A DNA stretch of 27,272 bases from a candidate division FCPU426 bacterium (lineage in GTDB: Bacteria > Oederibacteriota > JAAXVQ01 > JAUVAV01): contig DAOWGI010000093.1 of assembly GCA_030637655.1 (NCBI GenBank), positions 1 through 27,272 of the forward strand, written 5' to 3'. A model generated the notes under the pieces. That model saw nothing but the letters and a program-made list of their open reading frames with translations. It was not told the origin of the DNA and searched no databases. How positions within the stretch are numbered: the stretch's first letter is position 1; every line of letters starts with the position of its first letter. The position numbers and the translations under genes are program-made. Below, one piece after another: positions 13,401 to 19,000 of this stretch.

Positions 13401-15698
13401 TCTGCAGAAAAGCCAGCCGCCAAAGTTTCCACAGAAGAATCACCGGACAAGACTGCGATGGAAGAGGCGGAGGAGAAAGACCCGGTTCTTCAGGAAATGG
13501 AGCGCATGAAACAAATACTCCCGCCCTGGTACAACCAACCACTCAGGAATCTGCGCTGGGATGTTCGGGTTTTACATTATATTCTGCGAGGGATAATGTT
13601 TGCCGGAAGTTCGCTGAGAGGCGGTGACAATCTATATAGGCGAGTGGTGCGCATAGTGCCGGTTTTAGTTTCAGTTGTGCTCTGGGTTTTTAGTAAAAAG
13701 TTCGAGCACGAAGATATTGATCTGGAAAATCTTAACGAGGTTCAGAAAGCGCGCTTAAAGGCGTTTAAAATCTTGCATGGCCTCTCATATGGGGAACTGC
13801 CGACTGAAGAAAGATTAAAACAGATTGACTTCAAGCCGTTGTCTGGGAAGGGCGGCTATATAGAACGGGCGTTGAAGGGAATGTTGTTTGGCGCCTATGA
13901 GGAAAATGGCAAAGAGGCGAATGATGCAACTGAAACCCAATTCTTTATGTTTGAAGATTTGACTAAAAGTATTGTAAGTAATGAACCCAAAAAAGCAGAC
14001 AGCCGGATTAATCATTTTATCTGGCAGGGAAAAATATTCTTTGCCGGTGTTATCGCGGAATATCTGGCGGATGAAGGTTATGCCGGACAACGCATGGACG
14101 GGGTGAGAGAAGCACTGGGCCGGAGCCGTACTTTCCGGCGAAAAGCCGAAAAACCTCGACCCACAGTTGCCACTCTGAGTGGGGGAGTTTTGGCGAATAA
14201 GTATTATCGGCAAAAACATAAAAAGCCTGTGGGCATTAGTCCGGTGGAAATTGCAATTTTGTTGAATATCTACAGTTCTGAAGTAACAAAACATTTGACG
14301 ACAGGAAGAATTTCAGTAGATGAAAGTTTGAAAGAGGTTAAGGTAGAGTTAGAGAAAGTCATGGCTGCCGGAGCACAGCCCAATTTGGCGACTGTGAGGA
14401 AGGTGCTGGAAGAATTGCCTGAGAATAGGGTTGAGCAAGGGAGCGCGGCTTGGCGGCTACGGGCACTGGCAATTGCAAGTCAAGGGCTGACAGGCAAGGA
14501 GCAGGAGATTGTAGCTAATGGGATTATCACAGAGGTAATTCTGGGAGACCGGTCTGTTAGCATTGGGCTGTCGTCGCGGGATGTGGCCGACACGTCCGGA
14601 ATAGAAGCTGAAGAGGTGAAATTGTTGGACACAGCGGATATGTCTGGAATATATGCACAGCAATTACAGGAAGTGCAAGCCATGATAAATGCGTTGCAAA
14701 AGGATACAGTAAAGGCAGGGAAAGCTAAGGGTCTGATTGAGCGTTTGGAGATGGTGCGGAGAATGTTGAAAAGTTCGGAAAAGGATGCCGGAAAGAAGAT
14801 TTTGGCTGAATTGGCGCGCTTGACCAGTGTGGAACAGCCGCAATTGTTTGAAATCGGGGAACGTGTTACCCGGGAGTACGCAGCAGTGGTGAGCGGCGCG
14901 GTTGAGACTGTAGAAATAAAAGGTATGGTCATGGCCAACCGGATGGTATATGAGGTCTCGATGCCTGTGGCAGACAAAGAGGAAGACAGAATAGAGAAGA
15001 TGGAACTTGAGGATTTGCTGGCTGAAAAACTGCCTGAACAAGTGAGAGCCCGGCAGTACCGTGGTGAGCGGAAAGAGAAACTGAAACCAGAGAAAAGAGC
15101 GGTACTGTTTCCGGTTATGTTAGCGCTTATGCGAGTGAGGTTATTTATAATACCCACGCGATGGATGCAAAAAAGCATTTTGAAAAACGCCGGCTGGAGA
15201 TACCTGCAGAAAAAAGTGCGGGCATTACCTGAATCTGATCTGAAGAAACTATTGAAAGGCTATGAAAGTCCAATAGGCCAGGCGTATCTGGAATATTCCC
15301 AAAATCCGGACAGTCGCCGGCTGGAGCGGGAAGGGTTTGTAAATTCCATGCTGCAGGTATTGAAAGCCCAGAGAAAGGAAATTGAGCGCCTGAACGCTAT
15401 GAAAGAGGATACCAAAGAGCTGGAAACTGCGCATGTGCAGTCCATGGATACTTTCATTCAGTTGGCATCGCAACTGCAGGTACTCAATGGCGAACGCATA
15501 GGTGTATGGGTAGGCAGTTGGCATGAGGAAATTTCCAAAAGAGAAATCTGGACGCCAGGTGTGCTGTTAGAGCCGTTCGGCGCTGGAGCCTTGGGTAAGT
15601 ATCAGGATCTGCTAAGAAAGATCGGACACGTGAAATTCGATGATGACAGCATGGAGAAACGGCGGCGTCAGTGGATCCGGTTTGAGGGAATGGCGTAA
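3..15698 (+). CDS. Giant multidomain membrane protein 1 (5'-partial, >5,200 aa; about 5,460 aa if its start matches gene 2)
   Basis: ORF track gives 147..15698, but the frame is already open from base 3 (CAG GCC TGC CGG GAA...). Bases 1-146 match gene 2 coding sequence from 16553, so the GTG at 147 is internal and the true start is upstream of the window. Ends ...RQWIRFEGMA-TAA. Contains several recognisable enzyme folds and hydrophobic bundles. Confidence 0.95.
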   Translation, partial: QACREGEISPLKYGVYLCQYGKRIKLELSSYPNLLLYVSKRRNVIPRKVDLEQVYTESEQLDQAIREWLYTSDAQRQLDQLEERLDIMEKLLNISATPEELQAYRENPKAFQVKQVMDFIREYNELSELTLDTEIYTLDGYLQQVRRFYQMADERSTVFVENTVNRMKEYNTKLAVLVTGGFHTDHVLKEMQARNISYLSLCPRITQEDLVNPYFALIRNRQTPLEKLLAKNQNILKLAPTALQVAHADRNAMVTEAAMNALPKAQRAILDWEILQNISITIAGLKEKGITGKEKLEAKFRAMVEHYFYKNKFNPNWEDTIESKYTLLISIEQLVEKTRIWLGFQPKDGTLAQGLELAPATITEDEKKMMIFSASGAEKMNVQILALKKKEEQGITFPSILTKLFAGMQAILARAQEGWEGLTGSQKAGLALFVGVIAIRLVGPHVSPGIINEASQWAAGQETVFANYDNVLAVVYGLNMIPKNNKQELLDIVKTYINKGEEATLESIQKIVKQTPWDKQIDLLDSLITGHNKCKNKNRKSELAEIINSIWNNFPEEVKAIDVLLTQSSNETTKIQMAMLHDDELLQQAKVQIAIKLFKLRQADKLLLPALEYFNENALKSDEWVEAFPLLLELFEQDSITGETRKEVTKAMAACRDDSAIQPMIDRYVKYGGKINIICIKGLIKMDHDLLLDYLDPIIAGNDQTKRDGLLDIIKWVFGNGNEDILDSIRHSVRSKTSEEQIELMDVFIKVHNEISKTKSAEELKIIISDIWEEKVKKPLKLKMAIKLLKLRNAEELLTEAVDYFKDSAKPGKLDEILGELLKFIMRDEIPVNIRKKAVQAVDKANSTSEKNNNNGKAIVPLLKFYIDENEKSKDAGKDGNPEFIFDTLINQPLSPEYLPICIDGYNRTKKSGLLDIISLFQKKLEDMDPEARMPELVEFFKLDDSELRASAIKSFIDLGLKQLGVLEDDDLKHNGEFLAAFTAILAMAFEKMPTQIQIEEEESAWIKELADQFATEFAITLTDEERRVAFLVALATINPEAAIAQIQQASEDVRRQIKIILGQSQLIKKMDLELITELEQACGEKAAVLRSPASLAFWITLWRNPFDIPAAVKAGEKYLGVEISVLALAGIVGVVLVVLSRPLWFYGIAGAFGLFAVAHQVLKWRVYRARGQLEPADYWKDFAKQIGVFSLYLIPALYTLLGLYLVPENQQLNLVLFFLIGLLAGIVIPIAGFRNYHYDMSIFGKFTLSEIKFDFDMSAESARQVDREDGVLSQFITKDTPFTFILGEGEAKKELPGRLYEIEGRTYVLYGDRWVDFGQVDSDSNPYKKIFASSRIPLSGIVDGELLLGNPRLRDFLGIEQLTVKQATRPLPVGAEAVTELRAFFENKYLDEHSQAAITTIQRVRRLAGFKELDNKILLDYLDALIIVSHAEVSAYREFVQGVANLEILDGIKANLRQLKFDRRLLKILNEIVFFVSKRKLGFPKPLIDLLSEKPSWRKLIKTAADGFGVVVDKNGKFSEKDLVNNANWVEECKKDQLLETMKTEAKQIGVSLDDYLKMFDYDLEIGIAGSASRLLENHFRVNKMQGYNIRVKKGMEKKAVKFFVDQGFNYFKLWRQGDYAYIGITHYVLASYPKKAIIIAGMETMDPSEEWLGEIKGYKIFTQRIVQEMNMDGTLKKKLALGGHGDVTGRMLEAKNEIARMLRQGKNWVRQQGDDVGNYINHILMTHDIKLGYTPMSILTTRQNINLECEESLGKIQAQLDKGKTVTIQGRKVTGINKYQIEFEQGAAIDIKAKVKKLENELNEIENMQEQAAKLTGPAQRDKWIEFMQYYEQIVYNPVNKLVFKSGGDEVKLINIIIGKGGELLEISGKNSFVEESTLPDTLTMRHSENDEIKIPKDVFLATIPRNFNTNCFSLDPLAVAANRDKDIKKIYLAFLKFAHDNRNDIEAVLHARRNAELKAADIIDHILDKEWQARCLLIERFSMTAYPLPVEEKEDPKGKKYLRINSMAQDVSRFEAEMVLSGITAQDLNLNAIEAAVKEIAAAENEAEKAKIKNEYFKKADGRLFLETAKVLRDLNIPINKIIDVPKEDFSQAKKSEDWAKAVELMNKKLIEQSYEPFFEINPITKMQGTNQGQWLAGMFKHGVMGSNTARKLREMATLIAEHGETLSNQKIDHILNKMYEFLGDYESYERQSKPITHAGLAEGLDLLREIGIQLATKYDTLFNPEEAESIKLEIINAIGDITARCEQEGELRWKDFDKITKKIHKFLDGQGAIKSDQKLFPQNSRTKYIQLVEFKKILIKLAFKGKSGYGTLNLWSTWCEKYGESLTIDQMIKLLEIAQSREKQPKLVKLILGITGINALWRFGRLALIRAQQLAMRLSPGINAVFRRNLPDDTLSLAAKAHAVLATGKEITVLDFALRMGVSEENARQALEYLASLKAEKTRLKGIDKKIVIDGRTVYYLLEVKPADMKKASIVIMAGGSEEKLWPLNTDQMPRQFRKFGKDHKNMLQKQIDNALAACFTLDRIFITTKRQYKKLVYEFLPPGFPRENIIWEPSIRQSIAAVALSLKFLEKRHGPDHTAIFMPADRVISGKEAINSALKSAVKGAQNGDNTVLLGVEAKKPETRFGYIKHGPETKLGAEIKDIPGFVEKPEDEQAEKIIETGDYDVNTSIFAMKVDTGLRTLYQISSGLSRVAEEIGEALEKAEDVEELFKEIPVKVAATLNQAFAEAVITNPDSHVRLMTTKGEFDWSAELSWADMSEETDDKGNQELGEGQVDRENIQNTVVYSGAGKQVIVKGLNDLVVIVEDDVVLVMPKSQATEIEQQVEKLRADPQTSWAVIGEKRAKDVSGSQKHETDKQGNELTGLVRVDEETRNCMVKCDSSLAVLLGVEGIAVTQQGDQVVVEAKVPGTKVPASIGVFAQTAGILTIFGMMGGIAYLAIAGNLAALSWLGWAQLAGGALLFLSSWGYADLGPSGPVSWTWPKRAAPYIKPLGAALAITGLMLAAFVHITPTAAAGLGLFGIIGLVILELFLYWPQKKPLANYLGWAAYFLGIAAFILGYGYGELGPSGYVSWEPSPQLQEIFQPLNLASFIGSFLFSALSFLLNIRQRQAERGSLADSKHSVQAENLSDLKKRVKRSQGPSEVLIITNGGDDVIAQKRFSSRIRELFRRDGKTTVMAHPEVVRRGQFLGLLDAIRNWVKKYGPLNKDGVSVGIMMPGKGTRMSPFTQRAHGIKPFIRMLIRTNKKGSWLTAAGASLYTWTLVAYHLKRMGFRGMAWKWGDEPQIAAMRMAAMNLDLNEADAVRFGAETIITDDLAENKEWLHMDPKTGEFKQVRRRSRKDLLERLGLQDTADAKAFIHIGSPALSYTFLEAADKVFGDLTEGSVDVDGYVFEALTQDYATWKMETAKDPDLQKLVENHPDFCLRVQAMKYRINLQKMANKKPELLENIAIQSFLAAENWQQMFDSELFKAAAKYMIAEMIEAHGLKSIVKTFSITGGLQQALDLKFNRPLNIQVVDFGEGHYWGDIGQLAKARKALWAVNDRESKDGEFARQLACIDHVKPDKWGNIVVGDSLVPQDGSVRNSVIIDTKIYGKANINGAVIVDSQLGNATIKEGSVVCKSTVKNLYMEKNAYSYSSIGNRVTIKADFVHTSIPKDPENLSEGLEDWFADSRVDVGADKYYKKKHWGNSMSTEEKFAQMRQRDAMPDAIEEQIDKQYRAGLIADMSSKSPKDHESFELSYLVAFLISSFSAIVFLLIAVDYADSVWIMSLGSLGFVLSLLHGIYSLVKMIYYENISDMLLDQRQESKFITPLQKYKKYELRRQDFARGVMSKVSQEGKIQIAENVKYLPRWLQYTEYAHVILQQKYPWSRGILAHALELPLGLFIMWRDREISSVKTLSDEELKALRETKPIFGRVNIDVVKESEIKAPAKLEAIFDSVTAVLQNNALVMHGYNGRPQKTEFEGQMSNDGQYKYVAGLSNIAVAKWFADEMGKEAKSIEPIKNRRKGAKAQWLIKGFQGRNVNVIMLQPEDTPEHRRANAKLISEAKAGDLIFRENTRFDKREEAKTFKKTVKVRELKELVGFARELTQLDGVLLYEMGVFFDTASAHRVNATNVGAAELFPVVGSRHIADFLAATAKIRAKMKAVHDKGGQNVIIAAGTKEDKIELATDAIGNIAFEGDIIRFGGSIVAAFLAEAGHKTGNNKVSDEAIAAVRRFKAKAAEYGVNYEVPLDLLVVKDTENDPTQSIKNASADDLVKVKDGNIPKGYVLVNLGPDEIQKMLTELDEADGMIAFGPMGPFDLNPKFAAKPSIVIMQKFAKQAKAGKVAVAVGADTSSLIEMAGVEDLFVQQSAGGAFISQTVTEVLIPGINAIKTSQEKFAARFALWKILSVVLGMLLLVPGIIIIINSSLVVLPVAGVAVAAGLVLLALPLILPWINQRFIQVEMQKKKVPDTQSPESSAAGSAEKPAAKVSTEESPDKTAMEEAEEKDPVLQEMERMKQILPPWYNQPLRNLRWDVRVLHYILRGIMFAGSSLRGGDNLYRRVVRIVPVLVSVVLWVFSKKFEHEDIDLENLNEVQKARLKAFKILHGLSYGELPTEERLKQIDFKPLSGKGGYIERALKGMLFGAYEENGKEANDATETQFFMFEDLTKSIVSNEPKKADSRINHFIWQGKIFFAGVIAEYLADEGYAGQRMDGVREALGRSRTFRRKAEKPRPTVATLSGGVLANKYYRQKHKKPVGISPVEIAILLNIYSSEVTKHLTTGRISVDESLKEVKVELEKVMAAGAQPNLATVRKVLEELPENRVEQGSAAWRLRALAIASQGLTGKEQEIVANGIITEVILGDRSVSIGLSSRDVADTSGIEAEEVKLLDTADMSGIYAQQLQEVQAMINALQKDTVKAGKAKGLIERLEMVRRMLKSSEKDAGKKILAELARLTSVEQPQLFEIGERVTREYAAVVSGAVETVEIKGMVMANRMVYEVSMPVADKEEDRIEKMELEDLLAEKLPEQVRARQYRGERKEKLKPEKRAVLFPVMLALMRVRLFIIPTRWMQKSILKNAGWRYLQKKVRALPESDLKKLLKGYESPIGQAYLEYSQNPDSRRLEREGFVNSMLQVLKAQRKEIERLNAMKEDTKELETAHVQSMDTFIQLASQLQVLNGERIGVWVGSWHEEISKREIWTPGVLLEPFGAGALGKYQDLLRKIGHVKFDDDSMEKRRRQWIRFEGMA
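1464..3250 (+). repeat. Alpha-helical, HEAT-like region with an internal repeat of about 200-220 aa
   Basis: Units begin ELLDIV (1464), GLLDII (2127) and GLLDII (2739). IAIKLFKLRQADKLLLPALEYF matches MAIKLLKLRNAEELLTEAVDYF. HEAT-like segments DDSAIQPMI and DDSELRASAIKSFIDLG. Confidence 0.7.
4680..6320 (+). other. UDP-sugar pyrophosphorylase (UDPGP/UAP/USP family)-like domain in protein 1
   Basis: Ordered motifs AGSASRL (4710; cf. AGGxGTRL), FTQ...GGHGD (5052; cf. PxGHGD), QGDDV (cf. NxDNL), KSGG, VEES, FNTN (5730), INSMAQD and FSQAK (6279; cf. FSPVK), with large insertions. Confidence 0.7.
7203..7400 (+). other. Possible winged helix-turn-helix domain in protein 1
   Basis: ITVLDFALRMGVSEENARQALEYL followed by beta-hairpin-like KKIVIDGRTVYYL. 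Confidence 0.45.
7430..8735 (+). other. Mannose-1-phosphate guanylyltransferase (ManC-type GMP)-like domain, degenerate, with duplicated C-terminal beta-helix segment
   Basis: VIMAGGSEEKLWPL..PRQF, EPSIRQS, PADRVI, PETRFGYI, FVEKP, FDWSAELSW, GLNDLVVIVEDDVVLVMPK. A second GN...NCMV..LAVLLGVEGIAV unit follows at about 8580-8735. Confidence 0.9.
8760..9330 (+). repeat. Transmembrane bundle (about 6 helices) with a duplicated loop motif
   Basis: WGYADLGPSGPVSW (8910-8951) and YGYGELGPSGYVSW (9192-9233), each between hydrophobic helices. Confidence 0.8.
9430..11000 (+). other. Sugar-1-phosphate nucleotidyltransferase-like domain (GT-A fold) plus left-handed beta-helix; specificity unknown
   Basis: GIMMPGKGTRMSPFT (9663), GIKPFI, WGDEP, YWGDIG (10581; cf. 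GlgC YWRDVG), then hexapeptide-like repeats GSVRNSVIIDTKIYGKANINGAVIVDSQLGNATIKEGSVV. Confidence 0.75.
11700..13133 (+). other. Phosphoglycerate kinase-like domain, full length, divergent
   Basis: Colinear PGK motifs: RVNID, NGRP, GDLIFRENTRF..EE, AHR..A...G, AGTKEDKI, FGGS, VPLD, IPKG..LVNLGP, FGPMGPFD, VGADT, SAGGA, IPGINAI. Confidence 0.88.
13479..15698 (+). other. Shared C-terminal module of unknown function (protein 1 copy)
   Basis: EMERMKQILP..PLRNLR..VRVLHYILRGIMFA aligns with protein 2 EMLRLQRILP..PIRGLR..VRIMQYLVRSILFA. Further colinear matches continue to about 14275. Confidence 0.8.
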
Positions 15699-15726
15699 TC
15701 CGGGTTTGAAAGTGCTGTAACCACTA

Positions 15727-15756
15727 GGAGTGTGAGCAATTGGTCGTTCATACTCC
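15727..15756 (+). other. Intergenic RNA stem-loop
   Basis: GGAGTGTGAGC (15727-15737) pairs with GTTCATACTCC (15746-15756): 11 bp including two G-U pairs, 8-nt loop, no following U tract. Confidence 0.5.
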
Positions 15757-15844
15757 AGAGCAATTGAGAATAGAACAAAAGGGCAATAGAAAAAGCTCAA
15801 TTACGGTCTATTGTTCAATTGTTCAGGTTAGAGTACATAACTTT

Positions 15845-15849
15845 AGGAG
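15845..15849 (+). promoter_or_regulatory. Probable Shine-Dalgarno site for gene 2
   Basis: AGGAG 12 nt upstream of ATG 15862; the spacing is on the long side. Confidence 0.5.
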
Positions 15850-15861
15850 TAAGATTGCCCC

Positions 15862-16017
15862 ATGAGTATTTTCAGCTTATTCCAAACCAGAAAGATTTCT
15901 TCTTTGGAAAAGACGCCGCTGATGGATTGGTGGCAAAAACCACAACAAAGGATGATCACCAGAGTGATTACACTCTTGGTGACACTCACCTTTGTGTTCC
16001 CATACTTAACCTGGGCA
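15862..16017 (+). other. Sec-type signal peptide or N-terminal anchor of protein 2
   Basis: Basic residues, then RVITLLVTLTFVFPYLTWA|FE: a hydrophobic core ending in T-W-A. Confidence 0.7.
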
Positions 16018-19000
16018 TTTGAAGCTCATGCTTACCCGGCTTCAACAACTTCTATTCTTTTCCATCAGCAAATAGTCGAAATCCCGGATAAATACGCCGC
16101 TACTTTAAACACCTTCCAGGGTGGAGAAGACCGGCTGGTTGTTCATGTTCAGGATTTGCATTGTAACTTTGAGGTGCAAACCAACATTGCCCATATTATT
16201 GATTATGTGGCGAGTAAGCATAATCTGAAGTTAGTGGCCATTGAAGGAGCTTCGCTGCCAATTAATGTTACCCATATTTCAACTTTTCCCAATGCTGAAG
16301 TAAGGCAGGAGACTGGGAAATATTTTATGCGTCTGGGCAAGATGGGCGGGGCTGAGTATTACGCGTCCGCGGGAAAACACCCGGTCTGGCTGGATGGAGT
16401 CGAGGACCCCAAGCTCTATGCTGCGAGCCGGGAAATGGTAACGAGTTTTTTAAATGACGAGAGCCAGGGATATGTCTGTGATTTGCGGGACATGCTGGAT
16501 GAGCTTAAAGCAGAGATTTATAATCCAGAACTGCTCAGACTGGACGCCAAAAAGCAGGCCTGCCGGGAAGGTGAAATTTCCCCGCTGAAATATGGGGTTT
16601 ACCTGTGCCGGTACGGCAAGCGGATAAAACTGGAGCTTAGCTCTTATCCCAACCTATTATTATATGTATCCAAACGCCGCAATGTAATTCCCCGGAAGGT
16701 GGAGCTGGAACAGGTTTATACAGAAAGCGAACAATTGGATCAGGCTATCAGAGAGTGTTTGTATACCAGTGACGCGCAGCGGCAGTTGGATCAATTGGAA
16801 GAGCGGCTGGATATTATGGAGAAACTGCTGAATATTTCAGCTACCCCCAAAGAGTTGCAAGCGTACCGGGAAAATCCAAAAGCCTTTCAGGTAAAGCAGG
16901 TAATGGATTTTATCCGGCAATATAATGAATTGAGTGAACTTACGCTGGATACTGATATTTACAGTCTGGACAGTTATTTACAGCAGGTCAGGAGATTTTA
17001 CCAAATGGCGGATGAGCGGAGTACGGTGTTTGTGGAAAATACCGTAAACCGGATGAAAGAGTATAACACCAAACTGGCTGTATTGGTGACCGGCGGATTT
17101 CATACTGACCATGTGCTCAAGGAAATGCAGGCGCGCAACATCAGTTATCTTTCACTCTGTCCGCGCATAACGCAGGAAGACCTGGTAAATCCGTATTTTG
17201 CCTTGATCCGGGACCGCAAGACGCCACTGGAAAAACTTCTGGCTAAGAATCAGAATATATTAAAATTGGCGCCGGGCGCACCCCAGGTTTTGCATGCCGA
17301 TCGCAATGCCATACTGACAGAGATGAATCCAGACCAGAAAGTAAGCAGCCATTGGAAGATTATGCTGAATATAGGTCTGGCTATAGCAGAGCTGCTGAAA
17401 CAGTCCATCAGAGGAAGTGAAGAATTAGAACCCAGGTTTGAGACTATGGTTAATGCTTATCCTTATAAGGCTGAACTTTCTCCTGAATGGGAAACTATGG
17501 CAAAATCAAAATATACTTCAGTCATTTCCATCAAATGGTTATTAGAAAAAACGCGAATATGGCTGAGGTTCCAGCTCAAAGGTGGAAATTCGGCGCAGGG
17601 CCGGGCATTGGCGCCGGTGGCGGAAATAGAAAAAGGTGAGATGGCGGTTCTTGATGAAAAAGAGGCTAAGGCAGCGACCGAGCAAATACTAGCCATGAAT
17701 AGAAAGGAAAAACAGGGAATTACATTTGTTTCAATCTTGGCAAAGCTTTTTGACGGCATGCAGGCGCTTCTGGCGCGGGCGCGAGAAGGATGGACGGGCC
17801 TTACTGATGGACAGAAAGCAGTGCTGGTTTTTTCTTTAGGTGTGATTGCCATAAGCTTGGTGGGTTCGCAGGTTTCGCCTGGCAGCATCAATGAAGCGAG
17901 CCAATTGGCAGCAGGGCAAGAGACTGAATTTGCAAACTATAATAACGTATTAGCGGCAGTGTGTGGTCTGAATATGATTCCCCGAAAAAATAAAAAGCCA
18001 GAGTTATCGCAGAAAAGCTCGGTAGCGGGATTTATCAAAGACAAGCTCTTGAGTTTGGGTATTGTCTGGAAGGTGGGCAGTAGCCTAAGAAATATAGGCC
18101 GCAGAATCACGTTTGGCACATTATTTATTCTTGCTGCAGTAGTTATATTTGTAGTGAATTGGGGGCCTACCAAGCCGGTAACCCAAGTTACCACTGTAAG
18201 TACTGCTGAAAAGCAACCCCTGGTTATTAGCGGCAAAGACTTTTTGGAAGGCAGTCCGGTTTTTGCCATTGTGGGAAAAGCTCTGAACGATGAAACCTTC
18301 TATATGGGCCTGCAGCCTGAAACCATGCGGCCCTTTTACGGTTTGACCATCCTGCATAAAATCAAATTGGATATTAACAAACACCAACGCTTGAAAATCG
18401 CGTTGGACATTACAGAAATCAGTGATAATACCATGTGGTCCCTGCCTTTGTCCTTTACAGGCGACAATGGTGTTTATTTTGTGCAAGATGCTTACTTTAA
18501 ATTCCAGGATGACACGGACAAAAAAGGCAAACTGGTCTATGAAATCAGTATTCAAGAATTGTTTGATGCCTTAGGTATTGTTGCCACGCAGGAAGCCGCG
18601 ATTGAAGTGCGGTTTGCCGTGGTTTCGAAAAGCACGGACACTAAATTTACCAGTCAAACGCAGCCGCGCCTGTTACTAAATATGGATAATTGCAATATCA
18701 CCTTGGAACCGTATCCTAAAGGAGCAGAAAGGAATTTTGAAGTTTTTGAAAAACCGGCTGAAGGTGCTTATAAAGACCATGTACGTAAGCGGTTCGGATC
18801 AGTCGCAGAAGCGGGGCAGATTAAAAAACAGCTGCGCCAATATATGCCGGAAAATCTGATTGCCGTATGGGCGGGAATGAACCAAAACGGAAAAGCCATT
18901 AATCTCAACAATCACAACCGCAACACCCTGATCACGCATCCTGAATATGGCAAGATTAAAGATATTGCTTCAACCAATTATCCGTGGTTTCAGGATTTTG

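Noticed and set aside
15727-15756. Rho-independent terminator
   Set aside because: A hairpin is present but no U tract follows on the + strand.
15819-16022. 67-aa plus-strand ORF
   Set aside because: TTG start, overlaps the signal-peptide region of gene 2 in another frame, no motif support.
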